This document shows, piece after piece, positions 25,488-37,617 of a stretch of 64,000 bases of DNA. The notes beneath the pieces were generated by a model. The model saw only the letters and a list, made by a program, of their open reading frames with translations, ran no database searches and was not told the origin of the DNA. Source of the stretch: the human T2T-CHM13v2.0 reference genome, Homo sapiens; NCBI RefSeq assembly GCF_009914755.1, contig NC_060929.1, one strand, 5' to 3'. Every line of letters begins with the position of its first letter. The stretch's first letter is position 1. The position numbers and the translations under genes are program-made.

Positions 25488-25556
25488 TATATAGGCTGAC
25501 GTCACCGGATGACGTGTCTTTTGTTTGGGTTTTCCAGAAGCTTTACTGTTATAAAG
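25488..25556. promoter_or_regulatory. LRRTM2 / internal CTNNA1 bidirectional core promoter with CRE
   Basis: TATATA 25488-25493, perfect CRE TGACGTCA 25497-25504, CRE-like TGACGTG 25510-25516, + strand TATAAAG 25550-25556. CpGs are locally retained in an otherwise CpG-poor region. Confidence 0.8.
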
Positions 25557-27561
25557 CACCATGCTTTGTAACAGCATCGGGGTCGTTGCAGGACCCCCTG
25601 ATTACAATAAAGCGAGAAAGAAGAACTCCTGACTTAAAAACATGATATTCCTTCAGTGTAGGAAGCAGCAGTGAGGTTGTAATAAAGGCTGCATTCAAGA
25701 AGACCCATCTGAACAGTGAGTTGGGTTAGCAGAGTGATGATTTTTAATGCTTGTGAGAGCCAGTGTTAGACTGCCGATTCTGCATAGAGAGATCATCTAA
25801 ATGGGCAGAAGCCTGCACAATTTATGAAGTGCTGATTTAACACCAGCCTATGCAAGGTAGTGTCGCTGCACTGGTAGTTTGGAAAGCTATTCAGTTGCCT
25901 TGTTGTCATGCTTGGTTAAAATCAAAGTATGACTATGATTTGCTTTAGATGTGTTGATAAACTAGCTAAGTGGGCTTGGCTTGTTTGTCATCAAGAGCTT
26001 AACATTATAAACGAAGAATAAAGGGGGAGGGGAAGCTTGCAAAACAAAGCATGTGGTTATTTTTTTCTTTGAGAATTTCAGGGGAACTCTAAAAAGATTT
26101 CTCTTTCTCCTATTTTATAACAATGTTTTGTCGCCATACTGATTGAAAAAATAATGCTGAGTTGATCTTTAAATGTCCTCCTGGGAGGACAAGGCAGGTT
26201 GATACAGTCATTTTAATGCACATGCCCTAACAGCAAAGCAGAGATGATTTAGGACAAGTGATACCGTGTAGCTGGATTCTGACATGGCCCCTTGTATTTT
26301 ACCTCAGAATCTCACCTACTCCATAACTAAAAGCCTCCGCTGGTACTGAGGTTGGTGGTTGTGACACTGAAATAATAGAGCATTTGCACCCTAGTTCCCA
26401 GCCACCAAGTGGCTGACTTAACTGAGCCTACTGCTGTTGTTAGAACCTGTCTTGTGAATACAAAAGGTCACTCATGCTTTGGACTGGGATTTTTGTTTTG
26501 ACTTGATTTTGCTTGCCCTAACTCCAGTTTCTCCCTGTTGAATGGTGTCTTCACTTTTCAGACCTCAGTTGTGGATGTATAGCTCCATGTTTAGTGTTAT
26601 ATAAATGCAAAAGATGTTTCTAGATGTTATATTTTCAGGCCTGACAAAGGTAAGCCCTTTTCTACATCTTGCCTTATTGATTTGACCCAACATACCTATT
26701 TCTCCCATATCATTGGCACTTACCCTTTGTGGGTCTTGTCTCAGACCTAAGGACAGACATCTTTAAAACTACTGATGGTGTCTGTGAAACAAGAACATCG
26801 TTGGCCTTTTTGGTTCTGAGGGATTCATCCCACTGGGCAGATCTATGAAGTAATTGTCTTGGGTAAAATTTTTCTGTTGTAGTGTTGTGCTGGAGTGAGA
26901 GCTGTGAGACTCCAAGGTCCCTTCCTTAGGGCTCTGTGTAAAGGTGCTATGAAAACTGCAGCAGTGCAGGTGTGTGGTTTGAGTCCTCCTAGAAGTGATC
27001 CCAAGGTAGAATTAGAAGTACAAGAGGCAAAAATGCCTACGAAGTACAAAGGGAGACAGAAGGCAGCAGGAATGCTCTGAGAGTCTTCGTACCACAGGGC
27101 AGGTCTGACACCTGTGAAGGGACAGAGGAAGCAAAGAAGATGAGATTGGCATTGTGGTTCTTAGACACATTTTGTAGGCTGAATGGAAATTCCCAAGCCA
27201 AAGTTGCCAGTGAACAGACTCTTGAGTCCTTAGTAATGAGCCTGCACTAGTACGTCCTCTTTGTTCCTTCTTGCTGGTTAAAGAAGGGAAGGAAACAAGT
27301 CCTGGTTTAGACCCGGGGAATGCTACTCCCCCTCTGACCTTAATCCTTCCTATAGTCTCTCTCAATAGGCTAGAACTTCTTAACCTGGTTCCATAAACTG
27401 TCTTGTGAAATTTTTTTGCTTGTTCATTTTTCTGTGGATAAGGTTGAGTCCGATTCCTACAGGGTCTCTCACCCTAGGTTTCAGAGCTGCTGTTCTACAG
27501 GAACTTGCCCCCAAAAGTTCTAAGGACAGTAGTCTCATAGGAGTGGTCTCTTAAATTTCTT

Positions 27562-27865
27562 TTTTTTTTTTTTTTTTGAGACGGAGTCTCGCTCTGTCGC
27601 CCAGGCCGGACTGCGGACTGCAGTGGCGCAATCTCGGCTCACTGCAAGCTCCGCTTCCCGGGTTCACGCCATTCTCCTGCCTCAGCCTCCTGAGTAGCTG
27701 GGACTACAGGCGCCCGCCACCGCGCCCGGCTAATTTTTTGTATTTTTAGTAGAGACGGGGTTTCACCTTGTTAGCCAGGATGGTCTCGATCACCTGACCT
27801 CATGATCCACCCGCCTCGGCCTCCCAAAGTGCTGGGATTACAGGCGTGAGCCACCGCGCCCGGCC
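27562..27865 (-). mobile_element. AluYb8 (young, human-specific)
   Basis: 7-bp duplication (minus strand GCAGTCCGCAGTCCGGCC) plus Yb diagnostics AACAAGGTG, TCATGAGG, GAAGCGG and ATTGCGCC. CpGs intact; TSD aaatttctt at 27553-27561 and 27866-27874. Confidence 0.93.
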
Positions 27866-29051
27866 AAATTTCTTAAATGAAAATAAGCCCTTGGGATGTT
27901 GTAAATGCCCTTATTGAAGTCAGCTACCCTCTGATGAAAAAAACCCTTTGCCACGCAGGAGAAGCTGGATTAAACTCTTCTCTCAAGTAACTACGTTAGT
28001 TCCTTGGGGAGAAAAGCATTTTAGTCAGTTGGATTAGAGCCACCATGATTAGGAATGAGTTGTGTGTTAACATGCAGAAGGAAAAGCATCTCCGTGCCCT
28101 TAAACTCTTGGTTTTTAGTCTGCTTGGCCTACCTCTTAAATACTAATAAATGGAGACTACTTAAATTATATTATCTCAGTACTATTATAACAGATTTGTG
28201 GGCAAGGAAAATTGCCCAGAGAAGCATCAGTGCAATCAAGAGTAATTATTTTTTGAAGGCCTCTGAGGAAGTGGGCACTAATGCTTGCAGTATCATGGTG
28301 CCCAGAGAGCACAGCCCCTTCCAGGTCACCAGCCATCTTTCTCACCTGCCCACTCTTTGGGTTCAAGAGGTTCAGGCTGTGGAACCAAAGAAGACATGGA
28401 GTTTGCCTTAAAATTGGTAGAGTGCAGAGTTCCCATTGATGGAATTGTGTATCATTTTTTGGTCTTTATCTTTCTTTAGCTAAAAGGGCTACATATCTAT
28501 TTTTCTAAACTTTCTCTTGGTTTCGCTGTAGAGCAGCTTTTTTCCGCAAACATATGACTTTGACTTAAAGTGGCAATACTACTTCTGGAAGGTACTGTCC
28601 ATATGATCTGTTTCAATTTTCATTGCTTTAGATGTTCATGATAAGGCAAAGGAGAAGTAAAATCTAACCTGTCTCCTCTCTGTAAATGGTTTTAAGCAAA
28701 TTAACTGAGTCAAGTGGCAGGGCTTAGATGGCTGTAGTTGTCTGCATTCCTCCACATGAGAGTTTGCTTTTCATATGTATTGCTGATTAGGGAGAGTTAT
28801 TCCCCTACTTGGAGAAGCAAATGTACAGATATATTCATGAAATTTCCTGTTCTTCTGTGGGAGGGAGGGTAGAGAGGGAGCTTTATATTTGCTTTATGCT
28901 AAAAAGGCAAATGTTTCTTTCATCATACCCAGCTCCAAAAATTGTGTATGCCCTGGCACCAAAGTGTTGCCCAGAGGTGTTTTGGAGGAGCATGTTAAAA
29001 TAAACCTTGTTGCTGGCAGTCTCAATCCCTGCTTTTAAAAAAATGATAGCT

Positions 29052-29285
29052 GGCCAGGCACAGTGGTAGCCTGTAATCCCAGCACTTTAGGAGGCTGAAG
29101 TGGGTGGAGCACGAGGTCAGGAGTTCAAGACCAGCCTGGCCAAGGTGGTGAAATCCCGTCTCTACCGAACATACAAAAATCAGCTGGGCACGGTGACAGG
29201 AGCCTGTAATCCTAGCTACTCAGGAAGCGGAGGCAGGAGAATCGCTTGAACCAGGTGGCAGCCTGGGTGACAGAGTGAGACTCCG

Positions 29286-29320
<35 letters not shown>
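29052..29320 (+). mobile_element. AluS with right-arm internal deletion and A30 tail
   Basis: ...cttgaaccaggtggcag joined directly to cctgggtgacagag. Confidence 0.88.
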
Positions 29321-29321
<1 letters not shown>

Positions 29322-29574
29322 CCATTTTTAGGGTGGAGGTCCTAGATGTTGTGTGTCTTATGTCCTCTGCCAAGAACCTTTTAAGGTGTTAACTGGCAAC
29401 CACATACTTAGGCTTATGTCGTAGCCAGACTTGTATTAGAGTAAGTGGGTTTTACTAGCTTGTCTTTTTTTGAAAGAGAAGGGAATCTTTCAATAGTAGA
29501 GTGTCTACATTAGACTACCAGAATCTCCATTTCTGCCTGGATCCTTGTCTCCATCCCTTCCTTCTGTTGATTTT

Positions 29575-29881
29575 ATTTTGTTGTTGTGTTTTTTTTGTTT
29601 TTTTTTAAAAAGACAGTGTCTTCACTCTTTCACCCAGGCTGGAGTGCAGAGGCACGATCATAGCTCACTGTAACCTTGAACTCCTGGTTCAAGTGATCCT
29701 CCAGAGTAGCTAGGACTACAAGCACATGCCACCATACCCAGCTAATTAAAAAAATTTTTTTCATGGAGACAGGGTCTCACTATGTTGCCTAGGCTGGTCT
29801 CGAACTCTTGGCTTCAAGAGATCCTCTCACCTTGGCCTCCCAAAGTTTCTGGGATTACAGGTGTCAACCACCATGCCAGCT
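29575..29881 (-). mobile_element. AluJ
   Basis: Diverged Alu. Confidence 0.85.
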
Positions 29882-30284
29882 GATTTTGATTTTTAAAGTC
29901 CTTTTGTTATCTTGTTAGTAAACACAACTGAGAAAGCAGTAGAAGGGGATTCTGATTACACTAACAATGGTAAGCAGTGTTTCTTTGGATGCACCTTACA
30001 CATTTTGGGACATATCCTTCTAGTTTTGGATACATGTGCACTCCGGCAGTTGTTGCTGTTGGGGAAGTTTCAGGGTCAGAATCATGTGACAACCTGCTTC
30101 CCTTGTATTTTGTGCCCAGGGCTAGATAGTTCAGCAAGAAATCTTGGAGCAATGCGTCTAAGTTGGGCATTAGGTTATGGAAGGTCTTCCATAGAAGTTT
30201 GGACAGATGAACGTTTATACTATTAAGATGTTTTATTTCTCCTATTATAGACATCAAAACAAAAATAACAGACTCTATCTTGAA

Positions 30285-30563
30285 GTTTTTGTGTTTGTTC
30301 GTTTGTTTTTGAGACAAGGTCTCACTGTGTTGCCCAGGTTGGAGTGCAGTGGCGTAACCTCCCAGGCTCCATTGATCTCCCTCCTTAGCCTCCCAGATAG
30401 CTGGGACTACAGGTGCGTACCACCATGCCTGGCTAATTTTTTGTGGAGACGGGGTTTCATCATGTTGCGCTAGGCTGGTCTTGAACTCCTGGGCTCAAGC
30501 CGTCCTCCCACCTCAGCCTCCCTAATCGTTGGGATTACAGGCATAAGCCACCATGCCCAGACC
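30285..30563 (-). mobile_element. AluJ
   Basis: Diverged Alu. Confidence 0.85.
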
Positions 30564-32836
30564 ATCTTGAAGTATTGATTAAAGCACAGGCTGAAATGTT
30601 TATGGCAACCTCCCCGCCGCCCCTTTTAAAACTCTTCTTCTGCTAGTGGCTTCATTGTGTTCATGTTTTCCCTTTCCCCTCTGTGTAGCATGCTTCATCT
30701 TTTATTCTGAAATACATGGCCAAGTTTGGGGTTGTCCTTCCTTTCTCCTCTCTACATTTCTGAGTAGCTTTTGATGTAGATGTTATTTCCTCTTACCTAC
30801 ATAGATGGCCCAAGGGGCTATACAAAGAAAGCTGTTTGCACAGGATAGAATTAAGAGGTAAGATACCCGTTCATACTTACTTGAAGAATCGTTCAATTTT
30901 AGTGGACTCTCTGACCCAGTTGTCTAAATTTAAGGGGTTAGTTTGCATGTTTGTTGGCTATATGCTAGCACTTAAGGTTGATGAAGCTTGGAAACCATCA
31001 TCTGAGAACCCTCTTAATAGGTTCTGGGCTGGAGGGGCAGTGACAAGTGATATGGCAAGGAAAAAAAAAAAACACATTGAATATGTGATGTTGTTAATGC
31101 AAAGAAAATTCATAAAAATTTGGCCCAAAGAGAACAAGATCATTTCTTACTCTGTACGGTTTATAGCAGCATGTCAGCATTCCGTCTGCAGTTGAGATGT
31201 TGATTCCTCCTTGTATTGCACATTGCTGAAAGGGGCTTCCTGAGGCTGGAGAGAGCAGTGAGGTAAGACTGTCCTCCTTGAGAGCTCGTCTTGATGCTTG
31301 TTGCGTTTGTCTGTGTATGTCTGCAGTGTCTGTTCTGCTCTTTGTAATTTAAGAAGAGGGCATTCTTTGAAAAGAATTTGGGAATACAGGACTATATAAT
31401 CATTGTATTCTAAGATTGATCTACTGTTGAGCTTTGCTTAAAGCACTCCCAGCAACTCTTGTTACATGTTCAGCTTAGGCAGAGCCCACCAGCCATTTGT
31501 GGGCCAGGTAGAACAACCAAGGTCAAATTGCTTCTCCTGTTATTCATTAAATATATGTTGTATGACACTGTGTTGCCCAGCCCACAGCAAGCTTTTTAGC
31601 CCTACTCATGAAGACATGTATTGACTCCCTAAAAGCTGCTAGTTTCCCTTAGTTTTCAAACATTTTTCTTGATAATTCTCTTTAAAGTTCTCTTTCCTCT
31701 CAGAAACCTTCTTGGTTGTGAGCAACAGCTTGGTTATCACCTCCTTTCTCAAGATCTTCATCTCTTGCTTTATTGAAGGTCCCTACTGTATGGATGACAG
31801 CCCCAGTTCTCTTTTTTATTGTCTTGGGTAGAAGAAGCTTCAATGCTGATTCTTATTTGGTCTTGTAAAATGCCATAATTCATTGTTTGTTGTTGTTGTT
31901 GTTGAATTTTCTAATGGCTGAGGAGGTATTTTATCTAACTAGATCTTCCTGTTAAACTAATCAGACCTCCTGTTTGTTACCTTTTTAAACAGTCCTTAAA
32001 TGTTAAGGGTTAAAACACTGTATTTCACCCTCCTCTACCCACCTCAGGCTTACTCTAGATTAAAATGAGGATAGAAAGCAGAGGTTTATTTGAAGTCTTA
32101 TATTCTAACTAGTGACAAGGAAGCAGAGACTGATGACTTGCCACACAGATTACACATGAAGTCCTATATCTTTTAAATGTGTCTCTAATTGGTTATTGGT
32201 TTCTCATTTCATTCATGTCCAATGGGAGACAGACAAGTCAACAGGTAGTTATCCTAAGGTATGATTTGAGAAGGTCTTTGAGAGGAAACATGAGATGGTG
32301 TGGTAGCATTCTGTGGGGACACTGAACTTGAACTTAGGGCTGAGGTTGGCTAGCAGAAGCTTCCACAAGGAAGTAGTTTCTCATCTGAACGATGGGTAGG
32401 AGTTGGAAGGAGGGGAGAAGAGTATTTTATGTAGGTGAGAGAGAGCACGGCATGTCTGAAGAACAAAAATGTATGTGGGTGGGTCAGCATGGAAGATGGC
32501 AGAGTGACCATAGGTTCATTAAAGCAGTAGGAATGACCAGGTTCCATAGGGAGAATGTGTAGAAGAAGGAGAAAAGAAAGCCTTTGTTTAGCGGAAGAGG
32601 TTATGTGGATCTTTCAATGTAGGGCACTTTTTATCTAAGAAGTATGGTGGGATGATATTTGTTTCGTGCAGTCAGGTTGAGTAGCTTTTTTGTAGGTTCA
32701 CCTGGAAACCTTTGCCTTTTCATTTAGGGACTAAAATGTGCCTTGAGATGCCACCAGCAATGCCAGGAACATATTTCATCCCTTCCAAACTGGCAAGGGT
32801 TGGAGTAAAAAGTTTCCTCACTACTTCCAGTAATAG

Positions 32837-33310
<474 letters not shown>

Positions 33311-34077
33311 TGAGCAAGCTTTATACTTTCCTCAAGCTCAGTGTTAAGGTTGTGAGTGTGTCTATGTGTACTCATCTCTATTACATTTTAAATGATTGGT
33401 ACCCTAAACTTGCTATTTGGACTGTATTTTTCTAAAATGATACTGTGATTTTAAAATGGTCTGTCTAGTATAACTTAAAGGGCTTAGTAAATAACTGCTC
33501 CTAAACTGCTCCCCTTCTGATTAATGAGGCATAAACCTCTATTTCCTGCAATAACAAGAAAGACAAATTGATTTTTTGGGTAGTTTGACAAAGACAGAAT
33601 TAACAGATTCATGGTGTGGGTTGCATTGCATCTTAAAGTGAATTTTGCTGTGTGACTGTAATTCTTTCAAAAGTCAAATTCAAGGATTTGGTTTTACATA
33701 ACTTGAACAGTAAATCTTTTTACTCAAATTGAGAAAATTCCTGGGCATTTCAGGTTGTAGGGGATTGGGCTTTCATGAAGTCTACATGCTCAACCTTTGG
33801 GTTTCAGATTCTAAGTGTTTTCTAGAACAAATGATCTATTAGAAACACCAGAAAAATGTGGCTAGGAACAATGGCAAACTTTACAGGGTTTATTTAGAGA
33901 AATTTTCTTGACGTGAGTGCTTGAGTATCTTAAGGAATATGCTGAGACTTTCCTGATTAAAGCATTAATTATGAAGTCAGTTTGATTGTGATTCAGTTTT
34001 AGCTACCTTTGTCTTAGATCCTGGTATTTTGAGCTTTAAGATTGCCAGTAAATAATTGCACGTCTCAAGCTGACTAG

Positions 34078-34949
34078 TGTCAACAAGAAAGAGTCAAACT
34101 CTGTAGAATGTTTGAAGAAATAAATATTCTAGGGCCCAATATGAGTGGCCAAGGCCCAAGGCACAGTCTCAAGAACATATTCCCAAGGTGGTTGGGTCAT
34201 ACCTTGATTTTATACATTTTAGGGGGACAGAATTTATAGGTAGACATCAATCAACACATGTAAGGTGTACATTGGTTTGGTCCTGAAAGCCTGGACAGTT
34301 TGAAAGGGTTGGTGGGGGGCTTCCAGGTCATAGGTGGATTCAAAGATTTCCTGATGGCAGTTAGTTGAAAGGATTAAGCTCTCCCTGAAGAGCTAAAGTT
34401 GGCAGAAAGAAATGTTTGTAGTTAAGATAAATGGAGGCGGGAAGCCAAGGTTCTTGTTATGTAGATGAAGCCTCCAGGTAGTAGGCTTCAGATATTAGAT
34501 GGCAAATCAGATCCTAAAAGGTGCCAGATTCTTAGTTAAATTTCTCCTAAATCAGGAAAAAACCTAGAAAGGGAAGGAGATTCTCTACAGAATGTAGATT
34601 TTCCCCAAAAGTGACCAATTTGCAGGGCCATTTCAAAATATTAATATTTCAGATAAATACATTTTGGGGTAAAATAGTTGGATTTCTTTCAGGGCCTGCT
34701 ATCTGTCATGTGATGTTATACTAGAGTCCATTTGGAATTTGGTATCTTATTGCTACAAATAATCTGCTTTGTCAGTCTTAAGTCTGTTTTAATGTTAGTG
34801 CTGGACAGTTGTGCCTGAATTCCAAAGGGAGGAGAGTATAATGAGGCACATCCAACTCCCTCCTTCCCATGATGGCCTAAACTAGTTTTTCAAGTTTACT
34901 TTGGAATGCCCTGGCTGAGAAGGGGGTCCATTCAGTTGGTTGGTTGACA
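34078..34949 (-). mobile_element. MER4-family (MER4D/E-like) ERV1 solo LTR
   Basis: TG...CA ends; MER4-type motifs (gagtcaaactctgta, ttttatacattttaggg, gtacattggtttggtcc, ggggtccattcagttggttgg). Confidence 0.78.
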
Positions 34950-36339
34950 TTCATGACCCTGAATAAATCAGTTTATTCCTGCAGGTAGAAATCTTCCTAT
35001 TTGAATGAGTTTTTGTTGAGACCTCTCCTCCCCATCAGTATTAATGGAATATTTAATTTGATTGGCAGTACAAGAGTGCTAGGGGGAAAGGCTTAAGGAA
35101 TGAGACCATAACCAGATTTGATAGTGATCATATCAATTTTACTTATATTTCAACTCTTACTATTCCCTGTTGTCTCCTTTCTGCCCTTTGCTAAATAACC
35201 TATATCCCTCAATATTTCTAACAGTCCATAGAGAGATAGGTGGCATTTTCCACAATTGACAGGTAAGGGATAAGAGATAAAGTGAATAACAAATGTACAT
35301 TAAAGGCACTTAGTAAACAGATCTCCCCATTCCTAACCATTCATCTGCTCTACTGGCTTGTGTACTAAGAGCATACCCATACCAAAATGTCTTGAGGGCA
35401 TCCAAAGGGAGAACAATGGGCTAAATTCCTTTGTTCATTTGTATCTCTCCTATTATTTGCTGACATGTTTTTCAGAAAGAACCGTATTTGTTTTGCGAAA
35501 ACAAGCTTTTAATATACTTTATATATACTTTATAGTTTAACCTACATGATGTAGGCATTTCCAGGGACACAACAATCTCCACCTGGGATTTAAAAAAAGA
35601 CTTTTGTTCCTTTTCTTTCAACTGCTATTTTATTCCATTTGATTCTGCTTAGAATGTTACCCTGGCAAATCTCGACTCAGCACCTTGACCTCTGAAGACA
35701 TGCTGTTTTACATACCACTTCAAGAGTGACTAGCGGGTTCTTTTCTGTGCAATATAACTGCATTAAAGCTTAGTCTAGGATTTTTTTAAAGTGACCAAAG
35801 TAATCCTACAAAGCATTATGATTTGAGCTGCATAATAAACATTATTAGCTCTGACCTATCAGGTACATCTTAGTTTTTAAATTTGTTGTTTCACATTGTT
35901 TCAGTGCCAGGTCCCATTTTTCACATCTTGACATTCTTCAGATCTCAGAGTTCATCAAAATCAGGTGTACCCTGTTCTTGCTGCAGTTCAAGGAGAGCTG
36001 CTTCATTAATAAAATTGGTGTATGCTGAACCTTGAGTTAAAATATAAATTTAATTTTTAAAAGCCAAACTTTAAGCAAAGCTCTTTGTCTCTTGGCTTCT
36101 CTTATTTTGGCAAAACTCCCTCAATTCCAGTCATCAGATAATGTGGAGCCCAAGAATTGTAAGGTTGGGTTTTTATGAATAAAGCCACATAACACCCCTC
36201 TGCTCCCCAGTATTTTCCAACTTTGAGTTTAAGAAGTTGTACTGCTTTTTCAGTGTTGACATGAGCACAAATGGCTATAGGCTATCATTAGGTTTCTTTG
36301 TAAATGAATAAAATGCTCATCTCTTTTCCTTTTATCCAG

Positions 36340-36420
36340 GCTGGACGTAAAGAAAGAAGTGATGCACTCAATTCTGCAATAGATAAAATGACCAAGAAGA
36401 CCAGGGACTTGCGTAGACAG
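36340..36420 (+). CDS. CTNNA1: CTNNA1 exon 8 (AGRKERSDALNSAIDKMTKKTRDLRRQ)
   Basis: Pyrimidine tract ctcttttccttttatccag| then 81 nt and CAG|gtaatc. The peptide is recognised as alpha-E-catenin M-domain, aa ~355-381. Confidence 0.97.
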
Positions 36421-37617
36421 GTAATCTCGATGAAAGTGCTGATTGTTTTTCTAAGTTCTCAATTTTGTAGTTTTGATTAAAATCCTAATAAGCACTGGCC
36501 TTATATTTTTTTATTGAGAGAAAGGATGGATTTTCACAAGAAAGTGCCTATCTTTGTTTTGTTGCTAATATGCTTCTTAATGGCTAATCAAATTTCATGA
36601 AGACATGGGATAATACAGTCTCACTGTGTTGGACTGAATAAGTTAGCTCTAGTGTGAAAGGCATGTACAGGTAGGAAAATAAATTTAAAATGACTTGGAG
36701 ACCTGTGAAAATAATCCTGAAGGATCTTGTTGTATTGACTATGTACAATAGAGACAGAAATTTCAGTTATTTATCTGACTTGCCCTATACTCATTACACA
36801 CTTGCAGTTCCCTTAGATCCATGGTGAAATGTTTCCAGTTCCAAATATGGTAGGTATAGAGATATTTGAGGTGCTGAATTTTCTGAGTTAGTAAATACAG
36901 AGTAGAGAAATCGAACCTTTTAATGATAAATGACCCCATTAACATTTGGAGTCAAATTGAGTTTTAGTCTTTAAAGAAGTTAGAGTTGATTTTATAAAGC
37001 AATGTATTAAGACTTAAGAAGTTGTAATACAGGCAATTTTTAAGAGGTAATGGACAGATATTTTATTGCTTATGTCTGATATAAAACAAAATTAAAGATA
37101 AAATATATCTTTATTCAATTTCCTTTTGGTGAAGCAGTATCAGAAATGGTTATAAAGAGAACCTTAAGTTTTAAGGTTCATAGTGTGTGAATCCTTTCAG
37201 ATAAGCCAGATAACTCTTTTTTCTCTCTTCTCTTTTTATTTAGCCAATTAGGCTAATTATATATATATTCCAAGGCTATGTGCCAGTTCAACCCAGAGCT
37301 GCTTTCAGTTCAGCTTTTGTATTATTTAAGTTGTAAGCCCTAGTTTTGTAATTCCCAAGAAAAAAGGATATTGTCTTAAGAACTGAGATTCTGTTGCTGA
37401 AATGCTGTAACTGTAGTAATGTAAACCATTGTGTCCATGATCATGTTTCCTGTGTTGTAGATTATGTAACTGCATGGCTTACATGAGGGGTCCTCATGTA
37501 AGTGCAGCAAGTCTACCGTAAGCTTCATTAGATTTAAGTGTACAAGAGAATAAAAAGCAATCTATTTAATACCTTTTTGGTAGAAATAAAATCAAATTTT
37601 TACAATTTAATCATTAG

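Noticed and set aside
37380-37515. Possible intronic snoRNA given its position upstream of an acceptor
   Set aside because: No properly placed C (RUGAUGA) and D (CUGA) boxes or H/ACA two-hairpin layout. Kept only as an unexplained hairpin.
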